DNA of 63,780 nt, filler included, from Actinomycetota bacterium (GTDB taxonomy: Bacteria; Actinomycetota; Acidimicrobiia; IMCC26256; VFJJ01), in assembly GCA_009886115.1 (NCBI GenBank). It is 4 parts of 4 records of this genome, joined end to end, with 100 filler letters (N's around TTAATTAATTAA, not from the genome) between each part and the next. Parts side by side here need not be neighbours in the genome. Positions count along the whole stretch, not along the records: positions 1 to 18,568 come from VFJJ01000128.1; positions 18,669 to 41,305 come from VFJJ01000025.1; 2 more parts are not named here. One strand, 5' to 3'. The number at the start of each line of letters is the position of its first letter. The stretch's first letter is position 1. The notes under the pieces were generated by a model. The model saw only the letters and a list, made by a program, of their open reading frames with translations, was not told the origin of the DNA and searched no databases. Made by a program: the position numbers and the translations under genes. Shown here one piece after another: positions 18,345 through 27,494 of this stretch.

Positions 18345-18479
18345 TCAGATGTCGAGGAGGAAGCGCAGCGATCGCGAGATCTCGAACATCGCCTCGACCG
18401 GGGCATTGCCGAGGCGTGCGACGGCAGGCCACGGTGGGTCGTGGTACACGGGACGACGATCAGGACGCCGGCGTCCAGG
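18345..18479 (-). pseudogene. PemK/MazF-family toxin remnant with internal deletion
   Basis: AGVLIVVPCTTTHRGLPSH joined out of frame to VARLGNAPVEAMFEISRSLRFLLDI*; the N-terminus and middle are missing. Confidence 0.65.
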
Positions 18480-18568
18480 TCACGATGCCGGCTGGGGCCA
18501 CTCGCGGATCGAGCGCTTGAGCTCGCAGAAGCCGGCGGTGCGGGCCAGGAGCACGACGGCGTCCCAGA
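18480..18568 (-). CDS. C-terminal fragment of an unidentified gene cut by the contig end
   Basis: WDAVVLLARTAGFCELKRSIREWPQPAS* with high-GC3 codon pattern. Confidence 0.4.
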
Positions 18569-18668
18569 NNNNNNNNNNNNNNNNNNNNNNNNNNNNNNNN
18601 NNNNNNNNNNNNTTAATTAATTAANNNNNNNNNNNNNNNNNNNNNNNNNNNNNNNNNNNNNNNNNNNN
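18569..18668. other. Artificial contig linker
   Basis: N44-TTAATTAATTAA-N44 (stop codons in all six frames). Confidence 0.98.
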
Positions 18669-18680
18669 ACCGCCGCCATC

Positions 18681-18753
18681 TGTGTGCAGAAAACGTCGCC
18701 AGGCGACGTTTTCTGCACAAATTTGGGGTGGGGTGGGGTGGGGTGGGGTGGGG
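18681..18753. repeat. Palindrome copy B followed by a (GGGGT)n tract
   Basis: TGTGCAGAAAACGTCGCC-A-GGCGACGTTTTCTGCACA (18683-18719); six GGGG runs at 18725-18753. Confidence 0.9.
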
Positions 18754-18754
18754 C

Positions 18755-19552
18755 TCAGGAGACGCTGGCGACGGAGGGGCCGGTCTCGAAGGTGACGGTG
18801 GTGGCCTGCGGGGGGCCGATCACGACGACGCAGTGCGCATCCGACGCCCCGGGGACGGTGTTGGTGACGCTGCCGTCGAGCAGGCCCGTGCGCACGGCCT
18901 CGTTGCGGCTCTTGGCCACGAAGTCGGCGACTCGCGTGCACTCGCCCTCGTAGCCGGGCCAGGAGTACACGACGGTCTGCTCGACGGGCGGCCCGCTGGT
19001 GGCGTCGATCGCCGTGTAGCCCGCGGCTCGCAGGCGGTTGCCCATCCCCGTGGCCTGGCCGGCGACGCCCGACTCGCCGTTGACCGAGAGCACGTGGACC
19101 TGGTCGAACGGGCGGAGCGTCGACCCGTCGGATGCCGTCTGCTGGGTGGGCGGGCCTGGCGGGTTCGCCGCAGCGGTCTGTGTCTGCTGGGCCTGGGGAT
19201 CGTCGCCTCGAAGCGCCTCGATGGCGATGCCCACGAGAACCCCGACCACGAAGGTGAGGATCGCCAGCGTGCGGGCCCGTCGGCGCTGGATCCGCCGTTC
19301 CCAGCGCGAGCCGTCCCGATAGCCCCGTGGCCGCCCGGCGACGCCGCGGTCGAATCCCGGCGGGACGTAGCCCGGGTCGCCGTCGTGGTCGACGTAGCCC
19401 GGGTCGTAGCCCGGGTCGTGGTCGACGCCATCGTGGTCGACCCCTTCGGGATAGACCACCTCGATCACCCGCAGGTCGATGGCGGGCTGGGCTGCACGCC
19501 ACTCGCCCGACGGCCCGAGCACGCGTTCTCTGAGGTCACGGAGGTTCGGCAT
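18755..19552 (-). CDS. LytR C-terminal domain-containing membrane protein
   Basis: Single TM helix; VLSVNGESGVAGQA..LRAAGY..TVVYS..GYE..VVVIG; DPGY repeats near the N-terminus. Confidence 0.75.
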   Translation of the reverse strand: MPNLRDLRERVLGPSGEWRAAQPAIDLRVIEVVYPEGVDHDGVDHDPGYDPGYVDHDGDPGYVPPGFDRGVAGRPRGYRDGSRWERRIQRRRARTLAILTFVVGVLVGIAIEALRGDDPQAQQTQTAAANPPGPPTQQTASDGSTLRPFDQVHVLSVNGESGVAGQATGMGNRLRAAGYTAIDATSGPPVEQTVVYSWPGYEGECTRVADFVAKSRNEAVRTGLLDGSVTNTVPGASDAHCVVVIGPPQATTVTFETGPSVASVS

Positions 19553-19583
19553 CGCACGCTCCTGGCATGTCAGGCTGGCTTTC

Positions 19584-20675
19584 ATGGTAAGTGAGCGACT
19601 GCTGCTGGGACCGGGACCCTCCAATCCGCACCCCGAGGTGGTGTCGGCCATGACCCGGCCGATGCTGGGCCACCTCGACCCCGAGTTCCTCGCCCTCATG
19701 GACGAGACCTGCGAGCGGCTGCGTCTGGCCTTCCGCACGACGAACGCCTTGACGCTGCCGATCTCGGGGACGGGCTCCGCTGGGATGGAGGCCTGTTTCG
19801 TCAACCTCGTCGAGCCCGGCGACACCGTGATCGTGGGCGTCAACGGCGTCTTCGGCGAGCGGATGTGCGACGTGGCATCACGCTGTGGCGCATCGGTGAT
19901 CCGTGTCGACGTGCCCTGGGGACGGGCGATCGACCCGGAGGCGCTCCTCGACGCGCAACGCGCCGCTCCCCATGCCCGTCTCGTGGCCGTCGTGCACGCC
20001 GAGACCTCGACCGGCGTGCTGAGCGACGTCGAGCCGCTGAAGGCATTGCAACAGACCGACACGCTCCTGCTCGTCGACACGGTCACCTCGCTGGGCGGCG
20101 TGCCTCTGGAGGTCGACGCCTGGGGGATCGACGCCTGCTACAGCGGCAGCCAGAAGTGCCTGGGCGTGCCGCCGGGCCTGTCGCCGGTCACCTTCGGGAT
20201 GAGGGCCGTCGCCCGTCTGGGCGCTCGGCAGTCGCCGGTGCAGTCGTGGTACCTCGACCTGGGGATGATCGGCGCGTACATGGGCGCGGCCCGCAAGTAC
20301 CACCACACCGCGCCCGTCACGATGGTGTTCGCGCTGCACGCCGGGCTCGGGGTGCTGCTGGGCGAGGGGCTGGAGGCGTCGCAGGCCCGGCACGCCGCGG
20401 TGGGTGGGCGCCTGCAGGAAGCCTTGCCCGGCTTGGGTTTCCGCCTCTTCGCCGAGGAGGGCCGCCGGCTCCCGCAGCTCACGTCGTGCTGGCTGCCCGA
20501 CGATCTCGACGAGGCCGCGCTCCGCAAGGCGCTGCTGACGGGCTACGGCATCGAGGTCGGCGGCGGCATGGGCGAGCTCGCAGGCAAAGGCTGGCGCATC
20601 GGCCTCATGGGCCACAACGCCCGCGACCGCTCCGTCGTCACGTTGTTGGGCGCCCTCCTCGACATCCTCGGCTGA
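19584..20675 (+). CDS. Alanine--glyoxylate / serine--pyruvate aminotransferase (class V)
   Basis: LLLGPGPSN, SGTGSAGMEA, VHAETSTG, VDTVTSLGG, YSGSQKCL (PLP Lys). Confidence 0.95.
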   Translation: MVSERLLLGPGPSNPHPEVVSAMTRPMLGHLDPEFLALMDETCERLRLAFRTTNALTLPISGTGSAGMEACFVNLVEPGDTVIVGVNGVFGERMCDVASRCGASVIRVDVPWGRAIDPEALLDAQRAAPHARLVAVVHAETSTGVLSDVEPLKALQQTDTLLLVDTVTSLGGVPLEVDAWGIDACYSGSQKCLGVPPGLSPVTFGMRAVARLGARQSPVQSWYLDLGMIGAYMGAARKYHHTAPVTMVFALHAGLGVLLGEGLEASQARHAAVGGRLQEALPGLGFRLFAEEGRRLPQLTSCWLPDDLDEAALRKALLTGYGIEVGGGMGELAGKGWRIGLMGHNARDRSVVTLLGALLDILG

Positions 20676-20705
20676 GGCCGTTGGCCGGCTTCCCACCCGC
20701 AGAGC

Positions 20706-20776
20706 ACACCCCCCGAGGACAGTGCAAGTGGACGTGCCATTCGACGTCGTACTGCCCCTCGCTCACAGGGGGGTGT
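20706..20776. repeat. Imperfect long inverted repeat (hairpin) downstream of the aminotransferase gene
   Basis: ACACCCCCC / GGGGGGTGT outer arms with nested GAGG/CCTC and CAGTGC/GTACTG stems. Confidence 0.6.
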
Positions 20777-20864
20777 CGGGGTCAGCCGCTCGCTGTCCTC
20801 GTGGACGCAGAGACCCCCGAGGCCCCGACCGGCCCCCACCGAATCTGCGAGCGAATCGGCGCGG

Positions 20865-21081
20865 GGTCGGGCCCGCACGGCCAGGCGGATCGTCACCCGT
20901 CTGACCCACGTGCCGGGACGCTCGTAGCGCGAGACCCGGGGCCAGTTCGCCCACAGGCGGGTGAACGCCTCCTGCGTCACTTCACGACCGAGCTCGCGAT
21001 CTCTGAGCGTCGCCAGGCGCAGCAGTCCCGAGACTCGTCGTGGAACAGCGCCTCGTAGCCGAGGTCGGTCGGGTCCATCAT
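20865..21081 (-). pseudogene. ECF (SigE-like) sigma factor remnant, region 2 only
   Basis: MMDPTDLGYEALFHDES / frameshift / GLLRLATLRDRELGREVTQEAFTRLWANWPRVSRYERPGTWVRRVTIRLA; no region 4. Confidence 0.7.
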
Positions 21082-21123
21082 CCGGCACCCGCCCGCCGGC
21101 ACCCGAAAGGTTTACCCGTCCCC

Positions 21124-21174
21124 GCTTCTTTGTGGCCAGAACCGCGCCGGGAGTCGGCGGGGACGCAAAGAAGC
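21124..21174. repeat. Palindrome copy C, followed by a G-run
   Basis: GCTTCTTTG / CAAAGAAGC arms; TTTG 21129-21132, CAAA 21166-21169. Confidence 0.75.
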
Positions 21175-21190
21175 CGGGGGGTGGGGGGGG

Positions 21191-21805
21191 CTACCGGAAC
21201 ATCGTCTGGCGGTAGTAGCGCAGCTCCTCGATCGACTCGATGATGTCGGCCAGCGCTCGGTGGCCTTCCTTCTTGTCGGGACGCTTGCGGAAGGCCTCCG
21301 GGTACCAGCGCCGGGCCAGCTCTTTCACCGACGACACGTCGACCGACCGGTAGTGGAGATGGGCGTCGACGGCGGGCAGGTACCGCACGAGGAAGCTGCG
21401 GTCCATGCCGATCGTGCTGCCGCACAGGGGCGAGGTCTGGGCCGGGACGTGCTTGGTGAGATACGCGAGCGCGGCCTCGCCCGCTTCCTCCAATGACACC
21501 GTCGAGGCCCTGATCTGCTCGAGCAGGCCCGACTTGGTGTGCATGTTGGTAACGAAGTCGTCCATCGTGGCCATGGCCTCGGGCGGCTGGTGCACCACGA
21601 GGTCGACACCGTCGTCGAGCACGTTGAGCGCCGAGTCGGTGACCAGGAACGCCACCTCGACGATCACGTGCACCATCGGATCGAGGCCTGTCATCTCCAG
21701 GTCGCACCACACCAGGAGATCCTTGGGATCGGGATCGGCGCTCTCGGTTGCGAGACCGGCGCTCTCGGATGGCGGGCTCGACGGGGTAGCCGGGGTATCG
21801 GTCAC
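21191..21805 (-). CDS. orn: Oligoribonuclease
   Basis: [55 protein letters not shown]. Confidence 0.95.
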   Translation of the reverse strand: MTDTPATPSSPPSESAGLATESADPDPKDLLVWCDLEMTGLDPMVHVIVEVAFLVTDSALNVLDDGVDLVVHQPPEAMATMDDFVTNMHTKSGLLEQIRASTVSLEEAGEAALAYLTKHVPAQTSPLCGSTIGMDRSFLVRYLPAVDAHLHYRSVDVSSVKELARRWYPEAFRKRPDKKEGHRALADIIESIEELRYYRQTMFR

Positions 21806-22479
21806 GCTCGGGCGCCGGGAGCGCCAGCAGCGGCGCCGAGCAGGCCGGGGTTGCGGCTCTGGATGAGCACGTCGCCCGGTCCGGTGAACTCGAACACGAG
21901 GCCCTCGCCCGACTTGAGCGTGTTCATGATTCCGCCGGCGGCCTTGCGCAGCGACATCGAGATCGTGTGCTCGTAGGCGACGAGGTGGCCGGAGTCGACC
22001 ACGACCCGCTCGCCGGGCTGCAGGGTGATGACGTCGAGCGCGCCGTAGCACGACAGCACGCACTCGCCGGGCCCGGTGGCCCGGGCCAGGAATGCGCCCT
22101 CGCCGCCGAACATGTTCTTGAAGCCGGCGAACTTGGTGTCGATGTTGACCGTCGGCGCCGAGCACAGCCACGAGCCCTTGGAGATGTTGAGGGGCGAGGT
22201 GGCGTCGAGCCCGGCGATGAACACGTCGCCGGGCAGTGCCGGTGCGATGTCGACCCATCCGCCTGACGGGGAGGCGGTGAACGTGGAGATGAACAGCGAC
22301 TCGCCGCCGAGCACGCCGCGCTTGAGCGAGCGCATGAGGCCGCCTTCGGCTCCGGCCGCGAGGGTGACACCATCGGAGTGGGCCATCATGGCCCCGGACT
22401 CCACCTTGACCTGCTCGTTGGGGCCGAGCATGGCCCTGGTGCAGGCGAAGCTGGGACTGTGGCGGATCTCGAATTTCAT
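21802..22479 (-). CDS. TIGR00266 / AIM24 family protein
   Basis: [49 protein letters not shown]. Confidence 0.9.
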   Translation of the reverse strand: MKFEIRHSPSFACTRAMLGPNEQVKVESGAMMAHSDGVTLAAGAEGGLMRSLKRGVLGGESLFISTFTASPSGGWVDIAPALPGDVFIAGLDATSPLNISKGSWLCSAPTVNIDTKFAGFKNMFGGEGAFLARATGPGECVLSCYGALDVITLQPGERVVVDSGHLVAYEHTISMSLRKAAGGIMNTLKSGEGLVFEFTGPGDVLIQSRNPGLLGAAAGAPGARA

Positions 22480-22612
22480 GGCGCCACGCTATCTCGCCGA
22501 CCCGACTCCAACGTTCGGTCGCGGACGGAGCCCGCCTCAGCCTGTCACCGGGAACGCGACCCTCGTCGGACGGGGTGCCCGGCCGTGAGGTCGGCCGCTA
22601 CCCTTCGGAGTC

Positions 22613-23239
22613 GTGCTCCGTCGCGCGCCGTCGCTGGGACAGTCCGCCTACACCGTCGTGGCTCGACGGCTGGGGCTACGTCCGCTCGACGCGGCCGACT
22701 GGGCGAGCTGGAGCGGCGTCCGAACGGCGAACAAGGCCTGGCTCGAGCCCTGGGAGCCCCGTCCCGAGCGGTCGGTGAGCGATCCGGTGCGTGACCCACA
22801 GGCGTTTCGGGAGCGCTGCCAGGCCCTGTCGCGGCAGCGTCAGCTCGACTCCACGCACCAGTTCGGCATCTTCCTCGGTGACGGAGCGTTCATCGGCGAG
22901 ATCAGCCTCCAAGGGATCCAGCGGGGAGCGTCGCAGCTCGCGTCGCTCGGCTACTGGATCGACCAGCGTCACGCCGGCAACAACTACATCCCCGAGGCCT
23001 GCGTCGCCATGCTGCGCTACGGGTTCGACGACATGCGGCTGCACCGGGTCGAGGTGGCGATCGTCCCCCGGAACGAGCGCAGCCGGCGCATCCCGACCAA
23101 GTTGGGCCTGCGTGAGGAAGGTCTCGCGAGCCGCTTCCTCCAGATCAACGGCGTGTGGGAAGACCACGTTCGCTACGCCATCACCGCCGAGGAGTGGACC
23201 GACCGCCGCGCCGACCTCATCGACCACTGGCTCGGGTGA
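22613..23239 (+). CDS. RimJ-like GNAT N-acetyltransferase
   Basis: WLEPWEP, LGYWIDQRHAG, LHRVEVAIVPRN, FLQINGVWEDH. Confidence 0.85.
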   Translation: MLRRAPSLGQSAYTVVARRLGLRPLDAADWASWSGVRTANKAWLEPWEPRPERSVSDPVRDPQAFRERCQALSRQRQLDSTHQFGIFLGDGAFIGEISLQGIQRGASQLASLGYWIDQRHAGNNYIPEACVAMLRYGFDDMRLHRVEVAIVPRNERSRRIPTKLGLREEGLASRFLQINGVWEDHVRYAITAEEWTDRRADLIDHWLG

Positions 23240-23305
23240 CGGGCTGAGCCGCCCCGGTCCCGCGTCTCCCACCCCTGCCCGGGCCCCGCCCAGGCCCGGG
23301 CCATC

Positions 23306-23356
23306 CCAAATTTGTGCAGAAATCGTCGCCAGGCGACGATTTCTGCACAAATTTGG
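23306..23356. repeat. Palindrome copy D (perfect 25-bp arms) between convergent genes
   Basis: CCAAATTTGTGCAGAAATCGTCGCC-A-GGCGACGATTTCTGCACAAATTTGG, followed by GGGGTTGT repeats. Confidence 0.95.
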
Positions 23357-23400
23357 TGGGGTTGTGGGGTTGTGGGGCTCGGCGGCTGAGCCCGCGGGGG

Positions 23401-24177
23401 TCAGCGGCCGGAGACCTTGGTGCGCAAGGACGCGAGGAGCTCGGCGGCATAGGGCTGCTTCGACGACCAGACCTGCGGGCCGGTCTCGAACTCGACGGCC
23501 TCGGCATGCGCAGCCAGAGCCGGCGTGGCGCGCATCGTCTGCTTGACCCTGATCGCCAGCTCGCGGGGGGCCGCCGCGGCGCCCGCGGCGAACGCCACCG
23601 CCTCCTCGAGCAGAGCGTCGTCGGGAACGCACCGGTGACTGAGCCCGGTGGCAGCTGAGGTCGCACCGTCGACCGTCTCGCCGAAGAGGATCATGGCTGC
23701 CGCGGTCTGCGGGCCCACCAGCCGGTCGAGCAACCAGGTGCACCCGCCGCCCGGGTGCAGGCCGATCTCGAGGAAGCGGGTGATGTACCGGGCCGAGGCG
23801 CCGGCGATGCGCACATCGGCTGCCAACGCCATGTTCAAGCCCGCGCCCACCGCAGCGCCGTTCACCGCGGCGACCGTCGGCAGCGGGCAGGCCGCCAGCC
23901 GGAGGAAGCCGCGGTAGATGCCCCGCAGCGCCGCGGCCCTGTCGGCATCGGAGTCGGACGCCATCGCGAGATCGCCGAGGTCGGCACCGGCGCAGAACGC
24001 CTTGCCGGCGCCGGTCATCACCACGGCGCCGAGACCGTCGTCGGCCTCGATCTCGTCGAACACCGCCACGATCTGCTCGGTCATCGGCGCGGTGAGGGCG
24101 TTGCGGCGCTCGGGATGATCGAGCGTGATCACCGCGACACGGTCACGGCGTTCCAGGTGCACCAAGGTCTCGGCCAT
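23401..24177 (-). CDS. Enoyl-CoA hydratase/isomerase family protein
   Basis: RRNAL, AFCAGADL, AAVNGAAVGAG, GLHPGGG. Confidence 0.9.
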   Translation of the reverse strand: MAETLVHLERRDRVAVITLDHPERRNALTAPMTEQIVAVFDEIEADDGLGAVVMTGAGKAFCAGADLGDLAMASDSDADRAAALRGIYRGFLRLAACPLPTVAAVNGAAVGAGLNMALAADVRIAGASARYITRFLEIGLHPGGGCTWLLDRLVGPQTAAAMILFGETVDGATSAATGLSHRCVPDDALLEEAVAFAAGAAAAPRELAIRVKQTMRATPALAAHAEAVEFETGPQVWSSKQPYAAELLASLRTKVSGR

Positions 24178-24203
24178 GAGACAGGAGGATAGGTTTGCGC
24201 TCG

Positions 24204-25493
24204 ATGCCAACGACGAAGGCGGTTCCCGACACCCCGGCTGGTCGACCGCCGAGTGGTGCGCTCTCGTCGTTGCGCCATCGCGACTTCGCCCTGTTCTGGA
24301 CAGCCGCGCTCATCTCCAATTCGGGTACCTGGATGCAGAGCATCACCGTCCCGTACGTGCTCTACGACATGACGAACTCCAAGACCTGGCTCGGTGTGAG
24401 CGCCGTCGCGTCCTTCGGCCCGGGGCTGCTCATGGGGCCGATCGCAGGAACGCTGGCCGACCGCTTCCCACGCAAGCGCATCATCCTCATCACCCAGTCG
24501 ATCTCGATGCTCACCGCGTTCTCCTTGTGGGCACTGTGGATCAGCGACCAGGCGACGCCGCATCGGCTGGTGGCCCTGGTGACGGTGAGCGCGCTCGCCA
24601 GCGGCGTCAACATCTCGGCGTGGCAGTCGTTCGTGCCGCTGCTCGTGCCGCGCGAGAGCCTCATGAGCGCGGTGCGGCTCAACTCCATGCAGTTCAACGC
24701 GGCCCGAGCGTTCGGGCCCGCCGCGGCCGGGCTGATCCTGCGCTGGGAGGGGCCGGCGGGCACGTTCTTCGGCAACGCCGTGTCGTTCTTCGTCGTCCTG
24801 GCAGCGTTGCTCGCCATCCGGCCCAGTCAGCAGATCGTCGCTGGGACCAAGGGCCGCTTCCGCGACGAGTTCCGCGACGGCGTGCGCTTCCTGCGGGGCA
24901 AGCCCGGCTTGCAGCATCCGATCATCACGATCGCCGTCATGGGCATGTTCGGATCGTCGATCGTCCAGCTCGCTGCGGCGTTCTCCCGTGACGAGTTCAA
25001 CCAGAAGGAGTCGGGGTTCGGGTTCCTGATCGCCATGTTCGGCATCGGCGGGATCGTGGGCTCCATCGCCATCCTCTCGCTGTCGGAGAGGGTGACCCGG
25101 TCGCAGACGTCGCTGGTGGGGATCTTCGTGTTCGTCGCCGGTGTGGAGCTGCTCGGCTGGGGCCCGCACTACGTGTTCGGCCTGGCGGGCCTGTTCCTCA
25201 TGGGCGGCGCCTGGGTGCTCAACGCCGTGTCGCTCAACACGTCGATCCAGTCGCAGGTGTCCGACGACTACCGCGGCCGGGTGATCTCGTTGTACCTCAT
25301 GACCCTCATGGCCGCTACCCCGCTCGGCGCGCTCATCGGCGGCCGTCTTGGCGACATCGTGGGGCTGCGAGCCACGGTCGTCGGAGCGGGTGCGATCCTC
25401 CTCGGCTACGGGATCGTGGCCGTCGTGCGGATGGACCGCCTCCGGGCCATCGATACGGACGTGATCGCGTCGTCGGCTCTCGGCAGTCTCTAG
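24204..25493 (+). CDS. MFS transporter (MFS_3/DUF894-like)
   Basis: SSLRHRDFALFW..ISNSGTWMQ, GTLADRFPRKR, YRGRVISLY; about 12 TM helices. Confidence 0.9.
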   Translation: MPTTKAVPDTPAGRPPSGALSSLRHRDFALFWTAALISNSGTWMQSITVPYVLYDMTNSKTWLGVSAVASFGPGLLMGPIAGTLADRFPRKRIILITQSISMLTAFSLWALWISDQATPHRLVALVTVSALASGVNISAWQSFVPLLVPRESLMSAVRLNSMQFNAARAFGPAAAGLILRWEGPAGTFFGNAVSFFVVLAALLAIRPSQQIVAGTKGRFRDEFRDGVRFLRGKPGLQHPIITIAVMGMFGSSIVQLAAAFSRDEFNQKESGFGFLIAMFGIGGIVGSIAILSLSERVTRSQTSLVGIFVFVAGVELLGWGPHYVFGLAGLFLMGGAWVLNAVSLNTSIQSQVSDDYRGRVISLYLMTLMAATPLGALIGGRLGDIVGLRATVVGAGAILLGYGIVAVVRMDRLRAIDTDVIASSALGSL

Positions 25494-25505
25494 TCTCGGG
25501 GCTTC

Positions 25506-26132
25506 ATGGCTCGGGTCGTGCTCATCCGTCACGGTGAATCGCTCTGGAACGCGCAACGACGCCTCCAGGGTCATGACGGCGTGGGCCTGTCGCCCAAGGG
25601 CCGACAGCAGGCCCGCCTCACCGCCGCCTGGGTGTGCGCCCAGTACCCCGGGGCCCTGCTCGCCAGCTCCGATCTCGAACGGGCCGTCGAGACCGCAGGC
25701 GCGATCGCTGAGCGGCTCGGCCGAGCGTCGAGCGTTGTTCCCGCATTGCGCGATCGCGACCTGGGCTCCTGGTCGGGGTGCGCCGTGCCCGATCTCGAGC
25801 GTGACGAGCCCGAGCGGGTCGGCCGATGGCGGGCCGGGCACGACGTGTTCCCCGAGGTGGGTGGGGAGTCGAACGACGACATGGTGCAGCGGATCGGTGA
25901 GGGCCTCTCCGAGCTGCTCGACCTGGTGGTCGAGCGGGGCTCGGTCGTCGCTGTCACCCACGGCGGCCCGATCTTCTGGAGCGTTCCTGCGCTCTGCGGC
26001 ATCCCCCGAGGGGCGCTGGGCGGACCAGCCAACTGTGGCGTCACCGTCATCGAGACGCGCGACCGCCGAACCTGGCGACTGCTGGCGTACAACCAGACGA
26101 CGCACCTGAGCATCGGGAACAGAACGGGTTGA
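25506..26132 (+). CDS. Histidine phosphatase (phosphoglycerate mutase family)
   Basis: LIRHGES, SSDLERAVETA, GGES, VTHGG. Confidence 0.9.
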   Translation: MARVVLIRHGESLWNAQRRLQGHDGVGLSPKGRQQARLTAAWVCAQYPGALLASSDLERAVETAGAIAERLGRASSVVPALRDRDLGSWSGCAVPDLERDEPERVGRWRAGHDVFPEVGGESNDDMVQRIGEGLSELLDLVVERGSVVAVTHGGPIFWSVPALCGIPRGALGGPANCGVTVIETRDRRTWRLLAYNQTTHLSIGNRTG

Positions 26133-26137
26133 TCGCC

Positions 26138-27091
26138 ATGAAGCCCTTCCGATTCGGGATCCAGATGCCGTTCATGGGTGTTCGCTCGGGCCGCGATGTC
26201 GTGGCGGCTGCGCTGCGGGCCGAGGAGCTCGGGTGGTCGGCGATCACGATCTCCGACCACTTCTCGGCGCAGCTCGCGCCCTTGCCCGTGTTGGCAGCGG
26301 TGGCGGCCTCGACCGAGCGCATCGCCATCGGTACGGTCGTGCTGGCCAACGACTTCCGCCATCCGGTGATGCTGGCCAAGGACGCCGCCACCATCGACGT
26401 GTTGTCGGACGGGCGGCTCGAGCTCGGCATCGGAGCGGGTTGGGACCGGGCCGAGTACGACGCGGCGGGCATCGACTGGCACCCCGCGGGTGTGCGTGTC
26501 GACCGTCTGAGCGAGACGGTGGCCGTCCTCAAGGGCCTGTGGGGGCCGGCCCCGCTGACGTTCCGGGGGGCCCACTACTCCACCACCGGTCTCGACGGGC
26601 TGCCCAAGCCGGTGCGGGAGCAGGGGATCCCGCTGTTCATCGGTGGCGGGGGCCGACGCATCCTGACCCTGGCCGCCCGGGAGGCTGACATCGTCGGGGT
26701 GAACATGAACCTGGCCGCCGGTGATCTGGCGTCGGCGGGCACGACCGGGTTGGCCGCGTCCTTCGACGAACGCGTCGGGTGGGTGCGTGATGTCGCTGGC
26801 CCGGAACGCTTGTCCCGTCTGGAGATGGCGATCAGGGTGCACATGGCGGCCGTGCTCGCCGACGGGGCGTCCATCGGCGAGCGCCGGGCCGCGGCCGATC
26901 GGGTGGGCGGTCCCCTCGGGCTCACGGGCGAGCAGGTGCTCGAGTCGCCCTCGGCGTTGGTGGGAACGGTCGATGAGATCTGCGCCGACCTCGTGGCCCG
27001 CCGCGAGCGGTGGGGCTTCTCCTACGTGACGATGAGCCAGCCGATGCTCGAGCCCTTCGCTCCGGTGGTGGAACGGCTCACCGGTCGGTAG
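26138..27091 (+). CDS. F420-dependent LLM-class oxidoreductase (TIGR03621-like)
   Basis: MKPFRFG, ISDH, NDFRHPVMLAKDAATIDVLSDGRLELGIGAGW, RRERWGFSY. Confidence 0.85.
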   Translation: MKPFRFGIQMPFMGVRSGRDVVAAALRAEELGWSAITISDHFSAQLAPLPVLAAVAASTERIAIGTVVLANDFRHPVMLAKDAATIDVLSDGRLELGIGAGWDRAEYDAAGIDWHPAGVRVDRLSETVAVLKGLWGPAPLTFRGAHYSTTGLDGLPKPVREQGIPLFIGGGGRRILTLAAREADIVGVNMNLAAGDLASAGTTGLAASFDERVGWVRDVAGPERLSRLEMAIRVHMAAVLADGASIGERRAAADRVGGPLGLTGEQVLESPSALVGTVDEICADLVARRERWGFSYVTMSQPMLEPFAPVVERLTGR

Positions 27092-27132
27092 CGTGCGCCC
27101 GTTCCCGCCCGCTGCTCACATGGAGTCGTCCC

Positions 27133-27471
27133 ATGGCCAAGGCCCTGCTGTTCGTCGAGTCCCGTCCCACGACGCCCGCGCAAGCTGACGAGTACAACGA
27201 CTGGTACCAGAACGTCCACCTCAAGGAGGTGTGCGCGATCCCGGGATTCGTGGCCGCCAGTCGGTACCGCCAAGCCGACGCCCAGCCCATGGACGGGTCG
27301 CCGACCGGGACCTTCCTCGCCATCTACGAGGTCGAGTCCGACGATCTGCCGGCCACCTACGCGGCGCTCATCGGCTCGGCCGAGTCGATGAACATGAGTG
27401 AATCCTTGGGGATGGACCCCATGCCCACCATGACCACCTGGCTGCCCTTCGGTGACCGCGTCACCGCATAG
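27133..27471 (+). CDS. EthD/DUF4286-like protein
   Basis: EYNDWYQNVHLKEVCAIPGFVAASRY...FLAIYEVE. Confidence 0.75.
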   Translation: MAKALLFVESRPTTPAQADEYNDWYQNVHLKEVCAIPGFVAASRYRQADAQPMDGSPTGTFLAIYEVESDDLPATYAALIGSAESMNMSESLGMDPMPTMTTWLPFGDRVTA

Positions 27472-27494
27472 TCACCTGGGAGCGGAGGCGCTCG

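Noticed and set aside
18569..18668. TTAATTAATTAA palindrome within N-runs (also at 41306-41405 and 61702-61801)
   Set aside because: Identical 100-bp artificial spacers with stops in six frames; not biological, and adjacency across them is not informative.
21191..21805. orn variant GSTIGMD in place of GNS(I/V)xxD
   Set aside because: The DEDDh catalytic residues appear intact; probably ordinary divergence.
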